Positions 45,066 through 55,216 of a stretch of DNA of 64,000 nt are shown here, piece after piece (position 1 is the stretch's first letter; every line of letters begins with the position of its first letter). Location of the stretch: positions 163 through 64,162 of the forward strand of contig CANHDN010000002.1 of the NCBI GenBank assembly GCA_947459415.1, written 5' to 3'. The notes under the pieces are model-generated. The model made no database searches and was not told the DNA's origin. It saw only the letters and a list, made by a program, of their open reading frames with translations. Source of the stretch: Bacteroidota bacterium (GTDB lineage Bacteria; Bacteroidota; Bacteroidia; UKL13-3). The translations under genes were made by a program, and so were the position numbers.

Positions 45066-48000
45066 ATGGAAAATCCAGTAAAATATACTCCAAAAAATAA
45101 AATTAGAGTGGTTACCGCTGCCAGCTTGTTCGATGGCCATGATGCAGCCATTAATATTATGCGCAGAATTATTCAGGCCAGCGGCGCAGAGGTAATACAT
45201 TTAGGGCATGATAGAAGTGCAGAGGAAGTAGTTAATACTGCCATACAAGAAGATGCTAATGCCATAGCCATGACAAGCTATCAAGGTGGTCATGTGGAGT
45301 ACTTTAAGTATATGTACGACCTACTCCAAGAGAAAGGTTGCAGTCATATCAGAATTTTTGGTGGTGGCGGTGGCACCATATTACCAGAGGAAATTGCAGA
45401 ACTCCAGGCATACGGAATTACTAGAATTTATCACCCAGATGATGGCAGGGCAATGGGCTTGCAGGGAATGATAAACGACATGTTGGAAAAATGTGATTTT
45501 GCTACTGGAGCTGAGCTAACTAATGAAGTTAAGCTTTTAAAAGACAGAGATTATAAATCTATCGCTAGATTAATATCGGCAGCAGAAAATTTCCCAGAAG
45601 ATTTCCATACAGCCCAAAATCAAGCCAATTGGAAAATTAATGAGGTTCCTGTTTTAGGGATTACAGGTACAGGTGGTGCAGGAAAATCGTCTCTGGTAGA
45701 CGAATTGGTTAGAAGATTTTTACTTGATTTCCCAGATAAACATATCGCTATTATTTCGGTTGATCCAAGTAAACGAAAAACAGGTGGTGCATTATTAGGC
45801 GATAGAATTCGAATGAATGCGATCAAAAACAACCGGGTTTACATGCGTTCTTTAGCCACACGCCAGAGTAATTTGGCACTCTCTAAATATGTAAAAGAAG
45901 CCATAGATATTGTTAAAGCTGCTCATTTTGATTTAATTATTTTAGAAACTTCTGGTATTGGACAAAGTGATACAGAAATTATAGAACATAGCAACACTTC
46001 GCTCTATGTGATGACACCGGAATATGGGGCTGCAACTCAGTTAGAGAAGATAGACATGTTAGATTTTGCAGACATTATTGCCATCAATAAGTTTGATAAA
46101 AAAGGTGCCTTAGATGCCATTAGAGATGTAAAAAAACAATACCAACGCAATCATCTTCTGTTCGACAAAAACCCCGATGATATGCCTGTGTTTGGAACAA
46201 TTGCATCTCAATTCAACGATCCTGGCATGAACAGATTGTACAAAGCTATTATGGATAAAATAGTTGAGAAAACAGGGGCAGCTCTGCACTCAACCTACCA
46301 AATTAGCGAAGAGATGAGTGAGAAAATTTATATCATCCCTCCTGCTCGCACCAGGTATTTATCAGAAATCTCTGAAAATAACCGCAGTTACGATAAATGG
46401 GTAAATAAACAGGCAGAAATTGCAGATAAATTATTCGGTCTTTTCTCTGCCAAAAACACCCTTCTAGAAACCAAGTTAGAAGATAAAGATAGGCTCATGA
46501 AGGCACTAGATGAAACTTACCATCAAGTTGCTTTAGACCTAGATCCTAGAAATAAAGTTATTATAGAAACTTGGGAAGAAAAACTCAATTTATATCAAGA
46601 TGAGTATTATGTTTTCAAGGTACGTGATAAAGAAATAAAAATAAAGACGCACTCAGAGTCCTTGTCTCATTCACAAATTCCAAAGGTATCTGTTCCAAAA
46701 TTTAAAGGTTGGGGAGATATTTTACGTTGGGCGTTAAAAGAAAATTTTCCGGGAGAATTTCCTTATACATCGGGTATTTATCCTTTTAAAAGAGAGGGTG
46801 AAGACCCTACGAGAATGTTTGCTGGTGAAGGTGGACCAGAAAGAACAAATAAACGTTTTCATTATGTAAGTTTAGGCATGCCAGCAGCGCGTTTAAGCAC
46901 AGCTTTCGACTCGGTTACCTTATATGGCAACGACCCAGATCACAGACCAGATATTTATGGGAAAATTGGAAATTCGGGTGTGAGTATTTGGAGTTTAGAT
47001 GCTGCTAAAAAACTATATTCTGGCTTTAATCTGGCTGACCCAAAAACCTCTGTATCCATGACTATTAATGGTCCGGCTGCTATCATTTGTGCATTTTTTA
47101 TGAATGCTGCCATAGACCAACAATGTGAGATTTACATCAAACAAAATGGTTTAGAAAACGAAATACAGGCGAAAATTGAAGCCTTATACAAAAACAAAGG
47201 ATTAGTAAGACCTACTTATCATGGAGAGCTACCAGAAGGCAACAATGGACTTGGCTTAATGCTGCTAGGTGTAACAGGAGATATGGTATTACCAACAGAG
47301 GTCTATCAAAAAATAAAACAAGATACACTTAAACAAGTGAGGGGAACGGTTCAGGCCGATATTTTAAAAGAAGACCAAGCACAAAACACCTGTATTTTTT
47401 CTACAGAATTTAGTTTACGTGTAATGGGAGACGTACAGCAATATTTTATTAATGAAGGTGTACGTAATTTTTACTCTGTTTCTATTAGTGGCTATCACAT
47501 TGCAGAGGCAGGTGCCAATCCAATAACACAATTAGCACTCACCCTTTCAAACGGATTTACCTTTGTAGAATATTACCTCAGCAGAGGCATGCACATAGAT
47601 GACTTTGCCCCTAATTTATCCTTCTTTTTCTCTAATGGCATAGATCCAGAATATGCAGTCATTGGTAGAGTTGCTCGCAGAATTTGGGCCAAAGCAATGA
47701 AACTAAAATACGGTGGCAATGAGCGCAGTCAAATGTTAAAATACCACATTCAAACAAGTGGAAGGAGTTTACATGCGCAAGAAATAGATTTTAATGATAT
47801 TCGCACCACGCTGCAAGCATTATATGCCATTTACGACAATTGCAATAGTTTGCATACCAATGCCTATGATGAAGCCATTACCACGCCAACAGAAGAATCT
47901 GTGCGCAGGGCTATGGCCATTCAGTTAATTATTAATCGCGAATTAGGATTAACCAAAAATGAAAATCCACTCCAGGGAGCATTTATCATAGAAGAATTAA

Positions 48001-48440
48001 CAGATTTAGTAGAAGAAGCAGTATTAACTGAATTTGACAAAATCACAGAAAGAGGCGGCGTTTTGGGTGCGATGGAAACCATGTACCAACGAAACAAAAT
48101 TCAAGAAGAAAGTATGTTTTATGAAATGCAAAAACATACAGGAGAATTTCCAATTATTGGTGTAAATACATTCTTATCATCTAAAGGTTCACCAACGGTA
48201 TTGCCTAAAGAAGTAATTCGTTCTACGACCGAAGAGAAAGAATTTCAAATAAACAGGTTGAATGAACTTAAGACAATGAATGAAGAAAAAGGACATACCA
48301 TGCTAAAACAATTGCAACATGTAGCCATTCATAATCAGAACATCTTTGATGAATTAATGGAAACAGTAAAATATTGCTCTTTGGGTCAAATTACTCAAGC
48401 CTTATTTGAAGTTGGCGGTCAATATAGGAGGAACATGTAA
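45066..48440 (+). CDS. icmF: fused isobutyryl-CoA mutase (B12-binding domain, MeaB-like GTPase, mutase barrel)
   Basis: The 1124-aa product has an N-terminal B12-binding domain ([13 protein letters not shown]) and a P-loop G domain ([13 protein letters not shown]...INKFD). A C-terminal methylmalonyl-CoA-mutase-type barrel completes the domain order characteristic of IcmF. Confidence 0.85.
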   Translation: MENPVKYTPKNKIRVVTAASLFDGHDAAINIMRRIIQASGAEVIHLGHDRSAEEVVNTAIQEDANAIAMTSYQGGHVEYFKYMYDLLQEKGCSHIRIFGGGGGTILPEEIAELQAYGITRIYHPDDGRAMGLQGMINDMLEKCDFATGAELTNEVKLLKDRDYKSIARLISAAENFPEDFHTAQNQANWKINEVPVLGITGTGGAGKSSLVDELVRRFLLDFPDKHIAIISVDPSKRKTGGALLGDRIRMNAIKNNRVYMRSLATRQSNLALSKYVKEAIDIVKAAHFDLIILETSGIGQSDTEIIEHSNTSLYVMTPEYGAATQLEKIDMLDFADIIAINKFDKKGALDAIRDVKKQYQRNHLLFDKNPDDMPVFGTIASQFNDPGMNRLYKAIMDKIVEKTGAALHSTYQISEEMSEKIYIIPPARTRYLSEISENNRSYDKWVNKQAEIADKLFGLFSAKNTLLETKLEDKDRLMKALDETYHQVALDLDPRNKVIIETWEEKLNLYQDEYYVFKVRDKEIKIKTHSESLSHSQIPKVSVPKFKGWGDILRWALKENFPGEFPYTSGIYPFKREGEDPTRMFAGEGGPERTNKRFHYVSLGMPAARLSTAFDSVTLYGNDPDHRPDIYGKIGNSGVSIWSLDAAKKLYSGFNLADPKTSVSMTINGPAAIICAFFMNAAIDQQCEIYIKQNGLENEIQAKIEALYKNKGLVRPTYHGELPEGNNGLGLMLLGVTGDMVLPTEVYQKIKQDTLKQVRGTVQADILKEDQAQNTCIFSTEFSLRVMGDVQQYFINEGVRNFYSVSISGYHIAEAGANPITQLALTLSNGFTFVEYYLSRGMHIDDFAPNLSFFFSNGIDPEYAVIGRVARRIWAKAMKLKYGGNERSQMLKYHIQTSGRSLHAQEIDFNDIRTTLQALYAIYDNCNSLHTNAYDEAITTPTEESVRRAMAIQLIINRELGLTKNENPLQGAFIIEELTDLVEEAVLTEFDKITERGGVLGAMETMYQRNKIQEESMFYEMQKHTGEFPIIGVNTFLSSKGSPTVLPKEVIRSTTEEKEFQINRLNELKTMNEEKGHTMLKQLQHVAIHNQNIFDELMETVKYCSLGQITQALFEVGGQYRRNM

Positions 48441-48485
48441 TTGCTTTTCTAATTCATTGACTAAAATCTAGCACTGTAAATAAGA

Positions 48486-49202
48486 ATGATTAAACTATCT
48501 GTAAACATAAATAAAATTGCCCTCATCAGAAATGCTAGGGGTGGAAATAATCCTGATTTAATTCAATCTGCCATAGATTGCGAAAAGTTTGGAGCAGAAG
48601 GAATTACTGTGCACCCCAGACCAGATGAGCGGCATATTAGATATTCAGATGTAATTGAACTTAAATCTGTGCTTGCTACCGAGTTAAATGTTGAAGGAAA
48701 TCCAAAGGAACAAAGGTTTATGGATTTAGTATTAAAAGTTAAACCCGCTCAAGTAACTTTAGTCCCAGATGCCAGCAATCAACTTACTAGCAATCATGGA
48801 TGGAACACCATTACCGAAAAGGAGTATCTTACACAAATAATTTCACAGTTAAAAAATGCAGGAATAAGAACTTCTATTTTTGTTGACCCAAAGACAGAGA
48901 TGATTGAAGGTGCATGCGAAATTGGAACGGACAGAATTGAATTGTATACAGAATACTATGCCCAACATTACAGTAGTGATTCAAGCTTAGCCATTCAACC
49001 CTATTTGTTGGCTGCTGCCAAAGCCCAAGAGTTAGATTTAGGCATAAACGCCGGACACGACTTAAACCTGAACAATTTAACGAATTTTGCTAGAAAAATA
49101 CCCGCATGTTTAGAGGTTTCCATTGGGCATGCGCTGGTATGCGATGCTTTATATTATGGCTTAGAAAACACAATAAGCATGTACAAGCGTTGCCTTCAGT
49201 AA
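48486..49202 (+). CDS. pdxJ: pyridoxine 5'-phosphate synthase
   Basis: LSVNINKIALIRNARG...ITVHPRPDERHI...EGNP...TLVPD...IELYT...NAGHDLN are PdxJ hallmarks. Confidence 0.9.
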   Translation: MIKLSVNINKIALIRNARGGNNPDLIQSAIDCEKFGAEGITVHPRPDERHIRYSDVIELKSVLATELNVEGNPKEQRFMDLVLKVKPAQVTLVPDASNQLTSNHGWNTITEKEYLTQIISQLKNAGIRTSIFVDPKTEMIEGACEIGTDRIELYTEYYAQHYSSDSSLAIQPYLLAAAKAQELDLGINAGHDLNLNNLTNFARKIPACLEVSIGHALVCDALYYGLENTISMYKRCLQ

Positions 49203-49207
49203 GACAA

Positions 49208-50473
49208 CTATTTGTGAATGGTTTCTTCGCGATCTGGCCCTACAGAAATGATATTAATTGGCACATTAATTTGACTTTCTACATAATCAATATACGTCTT
49301 AAATGTTTCTGGCAAGGCATTAAAATCTCTTATTTGAGTTAAATCTTCTTTCCAGCCTGGGAAAGATTTATATTGTGGAATGATACTATCATCTAGTAAA
49401 TTAAATGGAATTTGAGATGATATTTCTGATCCAATCTGATAGCCATCACATACCTGAACCTGATCAAAACCACTCAATACATCGCTCTTGGTACAGATTA
49501 AATCTGTTACCCCATTTAACATAATCGCATACTTTAAGGTAGGCAAATCCAACCAACCTGTTCTGCGTGGCCTTCCGGTTGTGGCACCAAATTCATGACC
49601 TAACTTTCTTAATAATTCTCCTGTTTCATTCTCCTGCTCGGTTGGGAACGGACCATTACCTACCCGGGTGCAATAAGCCTTAAAAATACCAAAAACACGA
49701 TTAATTTTTTGAGGCGCAATACCTAATCCACTACAAGCACCACCAGTAATTGTATTAGAAGAAGTCACAAATGGGTATGACCCAAAATCTATATCCAATA
49801 AGGTTCCTTGCGCACCTTCAGCTAACACTTTTTTACCATCAGAAATTAATTGATTGATATAATATTCAGTGTTTATAATTTTAAACTGCTTTAAGTATTC
49901 TACTGCCTCAAAAAATGCAGATTCATGATCTGCTAGGTTATATTCATAGTTTAATGAATCTAATAACTTCTTGTGATTACTAACCGCATTGTGGTATTTA
50001 CTTAAAAAGTGCTTCCCAATTAAATCACCAATTCGCAAACCACTTCTTCCAATTTTATCTTGATAAGTAGGACTTATTCCTCTCAAGGTTGAACCTACTT
50101 TATGAACACCTTTATATGCTTCGCTGGCAGCATCGACCAACCTATGTGTAGGTAAGATTACATGTGCTTTTTCAGAAATAAATAAGTTTTTACGAATATT
50201 TACTCCTGTTGTTTCTGCTTTTTCAATTTCTTTTTTGAGTTGAACAGGATCAACAACTACCCCATTGCCAATAATATTAATACAATGTTCGTGAAAAATT
50301 CCGGACGGAATGGTATTTAAAACATATTTGTTCCCACCAAATTCAAGCGAATGCCCCGCATTAGGACCACCTTGAAAACGAGCAACTACATCATATTTTG
50401 GGGTAAGAACATCTACTATTTTTCCTTTTCCTTCATCTCCCCATTGCAAGCCTAAAACAACATCAACCTTCAT
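49208..50473 (-). CDS. purA: adenylosuccinate synthase
   Basis: VVLGLQWGDEGKGKIVD...GPNAGH...GTTGRGIGP-type region (GSTLRGISPTY)...TTGRPRR.GWLD are PurA hallmarks. Confidence 0.95.
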   Translation of the reverse strand: MKVDVVLGLQWGDEGKGKIVDVLTPKYDVVARFQGGPNAGHSLEFGGNKYVLNTIPSGIFHEHCINIIGNGVVVDPVQLKKEIEKAETTGVNIRKNLFISEKAHVILPTHRLVDAASEAYKGVHKVGSTLRGISPTYQDKIGRSGLRIGDLIGKHFLSKYHNAVSNHKKLLDSLNYEYNLADHESAFFEAVEYLKQFKIINTEYYINQLISDGKKVLAEGAQGTLLDIDFGSYPFVTSSNTITGGACSGLGIAPQKINRVFGIFKAYCTRVGNGPFPTEQENETGELLRKLGHEFGATTGRPRRTGWLDLPTLKYAIMLNGVTDLICTKSDVLSGFDQVQVCDGYQIGSEISSQIPFNLLDDSIIPQYKSFPGWKEDLTQIRDFNALPETFKTYIDYVESQINVPINIISVGPDREETIHK

Positions 50474-50476
50474 ATC

Positions 50477-50980
50477 TTAATTTTCTTTTATTATATTTTT
50501 TTTGCAAGACAAACAATGATTATCTGCATCTAAAACTGGGTCACCAAATAAATACAGAGAATGATTTGTAATTGTAAATTGCATTAATTCACCCATTGTA
50601 TTTTTGATTTGTTGCAATCTTGGGTCACAAAATTCCAGCACCTCGTTGCATAGATTGCAGATGAGGTGATCGTGCTGTCTGAACCCATAAGAACGCTCAT
50701 ATCTTGAAATATTTTTACCAAACTGATGTTTAATCACCAAACCACAATCAAGTAATAAATCTAAGGTATTGTATACGGTAGCCCTACTCACCCGATAATT
50801 TCTATTTTTCATATGTTCAAATAAGGTCTCCACATCAAAATGTTCCTTATTCGAATATATTTCGTCTAGAATGGCAAATCTTTCGGGCGTTTTACGCTGT
50901 TGGTGCTTTTCTAAGTACTCAACAAACTTAGTTTTTACCTCCAATTTTAACTTTTCTGCATTTTGTAATTCAAAAGACAT
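50477..50980 (-). CDS. fur: Fur family transcriptional regulator
   Basis: The product has a winged-helix N-terminal domain (RVSRATVYNTLDLL), an HDHLIC segment and two CxxC pairs (CNLCN, CLSCK). The gene lies 3 nt upstream of purA. Confidence 0.8.
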   Translation of the reverse strand: MSFELQNAEKLKLEVKTKFVEYLEKHQQRKTPERFAILDEIYSNKEHFDVETLFEHMKNRNYRVSRATVYNTLDLLLDCGLVIKHQFGKNISRYERSYGFRQHDHLICNLCNEVLEFCDPRLQQIKNTMGELMQFTITNHSLYLFGDPVLDADNHCLSCKKNIIKEN

Positions 50981-51129
50981 CTATCCTAATTTGATGGCTC
51001 AAAGTTAATATAATCTGTAATAGATACCTCATTTGTAGCATTTGTTAAAAAATAAAGATGTATGCCCCCAAGCGATTTAAAATTACATACTGAAAATCAA
51101 TAACATAAATTTTAAAGAAATAAAATCTA

Positions 51130-53346
51130 TCAGCTCAAATCAACTCTATTCACACTAATTAATTCGCTTGCATTCTTGATAGCGCTCATAATGGTTTCTA
51201 ATTGTCGGGTGTCGTGAACTTCCAAAACAATATTTCCTTCAAAGGCACCTTCATTACTCGTTATGCTAATAGATTTCATATTTACCTGTAATTGCTTTGA
51301 AATGGTATCTGTAATAATACTTACAATACCAACGCTATCAATACCAGAAACCTTAATAGAAGAAACAAATGCTTTTTTAGCAACATTTTCTGCATTGGCC
51401 CATTTGGCTTTTATAATCCTATACCCATAATTACTCATGAGCGCTAGTGCATTTGAACAAGAAGTTCGATGAATCTTTACACCCTCCCCAATGGTTACAA
51501 ATCCAAAAATTTCATCTCCAGGAATTGGGTTACAACATTTGGCAAATCCATAAGGCATATTTGCCTCATTTTCACTTAGAATTACTGCATCAAGCGGCAA
51601 ACTAGCCGTATTTTTTTTCTTGGGACTAGGCGCTGCCTGTATTTCTACTGGTTTATTTTTTTCAGACAGTATAATATCTGCAATATCCATTTTCGTACGA
51701 TCAATCTCTTCATTTGCCATTTGATAATACAAATCTGAAACAGTCCTTAATTTGTAATGCTTAGCTAAAATTTGAAGATTGTCTGAATTAAAAGTCACCT
51801 TGGCATGTTTAAACTTTCGCTCCAACATTTCTCTGCCAAGCTGCGAAGCCTTTAAACGAATTTGTTTGAAATACTCCCGAATTTTGGATTTAGCTTTGGC
51901 GGTAATTACAAAATTAAACCAATCTTCATTTGGCTTTTGCTTGCTGCTAGAGAGAATTTCAACCTGGTCGCCATTATTTAATTGATGATTAATTGGAACC
52001 AATTTACTATTTAATTTTGCCCCAATGCAATTAATCCCTAAATCTGAATGTATATCAAATGCAAAATCTAATACAGAAGATCCTGCCGGCAATTTTCGCA
52101 AATCACCTTTTGGTGTGAAAACAAAAATTTCATCCGTATAAAGTGCCAATTTAAAATCGTCTAAAAAATCCATTGCATTTGCGTCTGGACTCTCCAAAAT
52201 CTCTCTCACTTTAGACAACCATCCCTCCAATCCGCCATCTTGAGGTGTTCCATTATCCTTGTATTTCCAATGTGCTGCAAATCCCTTTTCAGCTATTTCA
52301 TCCATGCGTTTGGTTCTAATTTGCACTTCCACCCAACGCCCCTTTGGCCCCATAACGGTGGTGTGCAAACTTTCATAGCCATTTGCCTTGGGTGTGCTAA
52401 CCCAATCTCTCAGGCGATCTGGATTAGGCGTATAATGATCAGTAACTATGGAATAAACCTTCCAACAATCACTTTTTTCTGTATCTATGGGCGTATCTAT
52501 AATAATACGAATTGCAAATAAATCATACACCTCTTCAAAGGAAACATGCTGAGTTTTCATCTTTTGAAGAATTGAATGTATGCTCTTAGGTCTGCCTTTT
52601 ACTTCATATTTTAAACCTTGTTCTTCTAAATCTTGTATGAGTGGTTCAATGAAATTTCGGATGTATTTATTTCTTTGAATCTTGGTTTCATTGAGTTTAG
52701 TTTTTACATAATGATAACTATCTGCCTGAAGGTATTTGGTACTTAAATCTTCTAACTCAGATTTAATGGCATACAAGCCCAATCTATGCGCCAATGGAGC
52801 ATACACATAAGCGGTTTCTGAAGCAATTTTTAGTTGACTTTTTGGGCTCATGCTGTCTAGCGTGCGCATATTGTGCAACCTATCTGCTAATTTGATTAAA
52901 ATGACACGCACATCATCACTCAAGGTGAGCAGCATCTTTTTGAAATTTTCAGCTTGTATACTTTTATCGGGCTGATCCAATACCCCTGATATTTTTGTAA
53001 GGCCATCAATAATTACAGCGACCTTATTACCAAACTTTAAACGCAGTAAATCTAAGGTGATATCTGTATCTTCTACCGTATCATGTAAAAAAGCACAAAT
53101 TACAGAAGTTACCCCTAAACCAATTTCTTCTGCACAAATTTGGGCTACGGCCAATGGATGAATGATATAGGGTTCTCCACTCTTTCTACGCATATTTTTA
53201 TGCGCTTCTAAAGCAATCCCAAAAGCTTCTCGAATCTTCTTTTTATCTTCTCTGGTTAAGGTGCGCCTGATACTTTTTAGCACATTTCTGTATGCCTTTA
53301 CAATGATCTTATTTTCTAATTCTATATCTATTTCTTGGGTCGCCAT
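51130..53346 (-). CDS. spoT: bifunctional (p)ppGpp synthetase/hydrolase (RelA/SpoT family)
   Basis: The 738-aa product contains an HD domain (HPLAVA...LHDTVEDT), a synthetase domain (YESLHTTV), a TGS domain and a C-terminal ACT domain. Confidence 0.9.
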   Translation of the reverse strand: MATQEIDIELENKIIVKAYRNVLKSIRRTLTREDKKKIREAFGIALEAHKNMRRKSGEPYIIHPLAVAQICAEEIGLGVTSVICAFLHDTVEDTDITLDLLRLKFGNKVAVIIDGLTKISGVLDQPDKSIQAENFKKMLLTLSDDVRVILIKLADRLHNMRTLDSMSPKSQLKIASETAYVYAPLAHRLGLYAIKSELEDLSTKYLQADSYHYVKTKLNETKIQRNKYIRNFIEPLIQDLEEQGLKYEVKGRPKSIHSILQKMKTQHVSFEEVYDLFAIRIIIDTPIDTEKSDCWKVYSIVTDHYTPNPDRLRDWVSTPKANGYESLHTTVMGPKGRWVEVQIRTKRMDEIAEKGFAAHWKYKDNGTPQDGGLEGWLSKVREILESPDANAMDFLDDFKLALYTDEIFVFTPKGDLRKLPAGSSVLDFAFDIHSDLGINCIGAKLNSKLVPINHQLNNGDQVEILSSSKQKPNEDWFNFVITAKAKSKIREYFKQIRLKASQLGREMLERKFKHAKVTFNSDNLQILAKHYKLRTVSDLYYQMANEEIDRTKMDIADIILSEKNKPVEIQAAPSPKKKNTASLPLDAVILSENEANMPYGFAKCCNPIPGDEIFGFVTIGEGVKIHRTSCSNALALMSNYGYRIIKAKWANAENVAKKAFVSSIKVSGIDSVGIVSIITDTISKQLQVNMKSISITSNEGAFEGNIVLEVHDTRQLETIMSAIKNASELISVNRVDLS

Positions 53347-53542
53347 AGCCTCATCTAATTGGCCTCAAAATAACTATATTTCCTTGAATCTAAAAGTAAT
53401 TAAACATTTTAATCAAATAAAAACTTGGGATATTCATTAAAACATAGGTCACAAATCACATATTATAAAACTAATAATCAATATTTTAAATATTTTTCTT
53501 AGAATAATTGAACCACAGATATAAACCTTAAAAAATAAGACT

Positions 53543-53550
53543 TATATTTG
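53543..53550 (+). promoter_or_regulatory. candidate -7 promoter box for tRNA-Leu
   Basis: TATATTTG is an exact match to TAnnTTTG and lies 20 nt before the mature tRNA 5' end. Confidence 0.45.
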
Positions 53551-53570
53551 CATCCCTTTTCATAGGAAAA

Positions 53571-53652
53571 GCGCATGTGGCGTAATTGGTAGCCGTGCCA
53601 GACTTAGGATCTGGTGCCGAGAGGCGTGGGGGTTCGAGTCCCTCCATGCGCA
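53571..53652 (+). tRNA. tRNA-Leu (anticodon TAG)
   Basis: The sequence is GCGCATGTGGCGTAATTGGTAGCCGTGCCAGACTTAGGATCTGGTGCCGAGAGGCGTGGGGGTTCGAGTCCCTCCATGCGCA. The acceptor stem is GCGCATG/CATGCGC and the anticodon stem CCAGA/TCTGG carries loop CTTAGGA. It has a long variable arm and a T arm with TTCGAGT. Confidence 0.9.
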
Positions 53653-53683
53653 CAAAAAAAATAACAAGGTAACTTGTAAACAA

Positions 53684-53710
53684 AATAAGACTGACATTGT
53701 CAGTCTTATT
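53684..53710 (+). terminator. hairpin terminator after tRNA-Leu
   Basis: AATAAGACTGAC-ATT-GTCAGTCTTATT is a perfect 12-bp stem, followed by a weak T-rich tract. Confidence 0.6.
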
Positions 53711-53740
53711 TATTAATAGGATTGTTGTAAAATAAAAACG

Positions 53741-55147
53741 ATGAACGTTACATTCGAAAAAAAAGATGCTTTAAACGGAACTATATCTGTAGGAATAAGC
53801 ACAGTAGACTACCTTCCATCATATGAGAAGAAGTTAAAAGATTATGGCAAAAAAGCCAATATTCCTGGATTTAGAGCTGGCCATGCTCCTAAAGGAATGA
53901 TTGAAAAAATGGTTGGAAACAGCCTATTATTAGAAGAAATTAACGCGTTAGCTAGCAAAGGTTTGTTCGACTATATCGAAGAAAACAAACTTGCCATTTT
54001 GGGTCAGCCGATTCTTACAGAAGACACCAAAATTGACGCTTTAACAAAAGATGCAGATTATACTTTTAAATTTGATTTGGGCTTAAGTCCAGAAATTGAA
54101 TTAAATATTAGCAAAGCAGATGTGTATACCAAATATGCGCCTGTTACTAGCGATGCGATGATATCAGATGAAATTGATCGCATGAAAAAGCGTTTCGCTA
54201 ATTTAGTAGACGCAGATGTTGCCGAAGTAAACGACATGATTTATGTTAGTCTTGCAGAATTGAACGAGCAAGGTGAAATATTAGATGGCGGAGTACTTGC
54301 AGAAAACGTTCCTATTGCCATTAATACCATTCAATTAGAAGAATTAAAAAACAGCTTGGTTGGTTTAACTAAAGGTACATTTGTAGATTTAAATGTTTTT
54401 GCCTTGTTTAACAATGACGAGGTTGAAATGAGCCATGCCCTTGGAATTCAAAAACAAACTGTTGCAGATTTAAATAGCACATTTAAATTAACTGTAAGCG
54501 AGATTAAAAGAACAGGTTCTTCTGAAATAAATCAAGAATTTTTCGATAAAATTTATGGCCCTGGTGTAGTGAGTTCAGAAGAAGAATTGAGAGAAAAAAT
54601 TAGAGAAGAATTAAATGGCTATTTCAATCAACAAGCTCAGCATTTGCTAGAACATGAATTATTTGATAGCTTAGTTGCTAAACACAATATTAGTTTGCCA
54701 GATGAATTTCTAAAACGTTGGTTAATGGAACGCCATGCAGATAAGTTTACTACAGATAATATGGAGGAAGCTTATAAACCAGAGGCTAATTACTTGAAAA
54801 ATCATATTTTAGAGGAGAAAATTTTACTCAGCCATGATTTAAAAGTAAACGATGAAGATATCAAGCAAGCTGCTATTAACCATACTAAGCAAATGTTTGG
54901 CGCCTATGGTGGCACACAAGGCTTAAGTGATGAAATTTTAATGAGCATTGTAGAACCTCAATTGCAAAAAGAAGACTTTAGAAGCAGAATGATTAATGTG
55001 GCTGTTCGATTAAAAGTAAACGAATGGTTGCTTAATACCATTACCATAGAAACCAAAGAGGTAAGTGCGGATGAATTCACACAAATCATGCAGGCTCACA
55101 ACCAACAACATCATGCACATGCACATGATGAAGAGCATGAGGCATAA
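53741..55147 (+). CDS. tig: trigger factor with His-rich C-terminal tail
   Basis: The N-terminal ribosome-binding region contains GFRAGHAPKGMIEK, and the overall three-domain length fits trigger factor. The tail reads HNQQHHAHAHDEEHEA. Confidence 0.85.
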   Translation: MNVTFEKKDALNGTISVGISTVDYLPSYEKKLKDYGKKANIPGFRAGHAPKGMIEKMVGNSLLLEEINALASKGLFDYIEENKLAILGQPILTEDTKIDALTKDADYTFKFDLGLSPEIELNISKADVYTKYAPVTSDAMISDEIDRMKKRFANLVDADVAEVNDMIYVSLAELNEQGEILDGGVLAENVPIAINTIQLEELKNSLVGLTKGTFVDLNVFALFNNDEVEMSHALGIQKQTVADLNSTFKLTVSEIKRTGSSEINQEFFDKIYGPGVVSSEEELREKIREELNGYFNQQAQHLLEHELFDSLVAKHNISLPDEFLKRWLMERHADKFTTDNMEEAYKPEANYLKNHILEEKILLSHDLKVNDEDIKQAAINHTKQMFGAYGGTQGLSDEILMSIVEPQLQKEDFRSRMINVAVRLKVNEWLLNTITIETKEVSADEFTQIMQAHNQQHHAHAHDEEHEA

Positions 55148-55159
55148 TTAGAAATTTCC

Positions 55160-55201
55160 AAAAAAAATCCCCGTTCATCAATGTGAGCGGGGATTTTTTT
55201 T
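55160..55201. terminator. bidirectional rho-independent terminator between tig and the desaturase gene
   Basis: The sequence is A8-TCCCCG-(14 nt)-CGGGGA-T9. Confidence 0.8.
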
Positions 55202-55216
55202 GAATTAATAGTTGGA

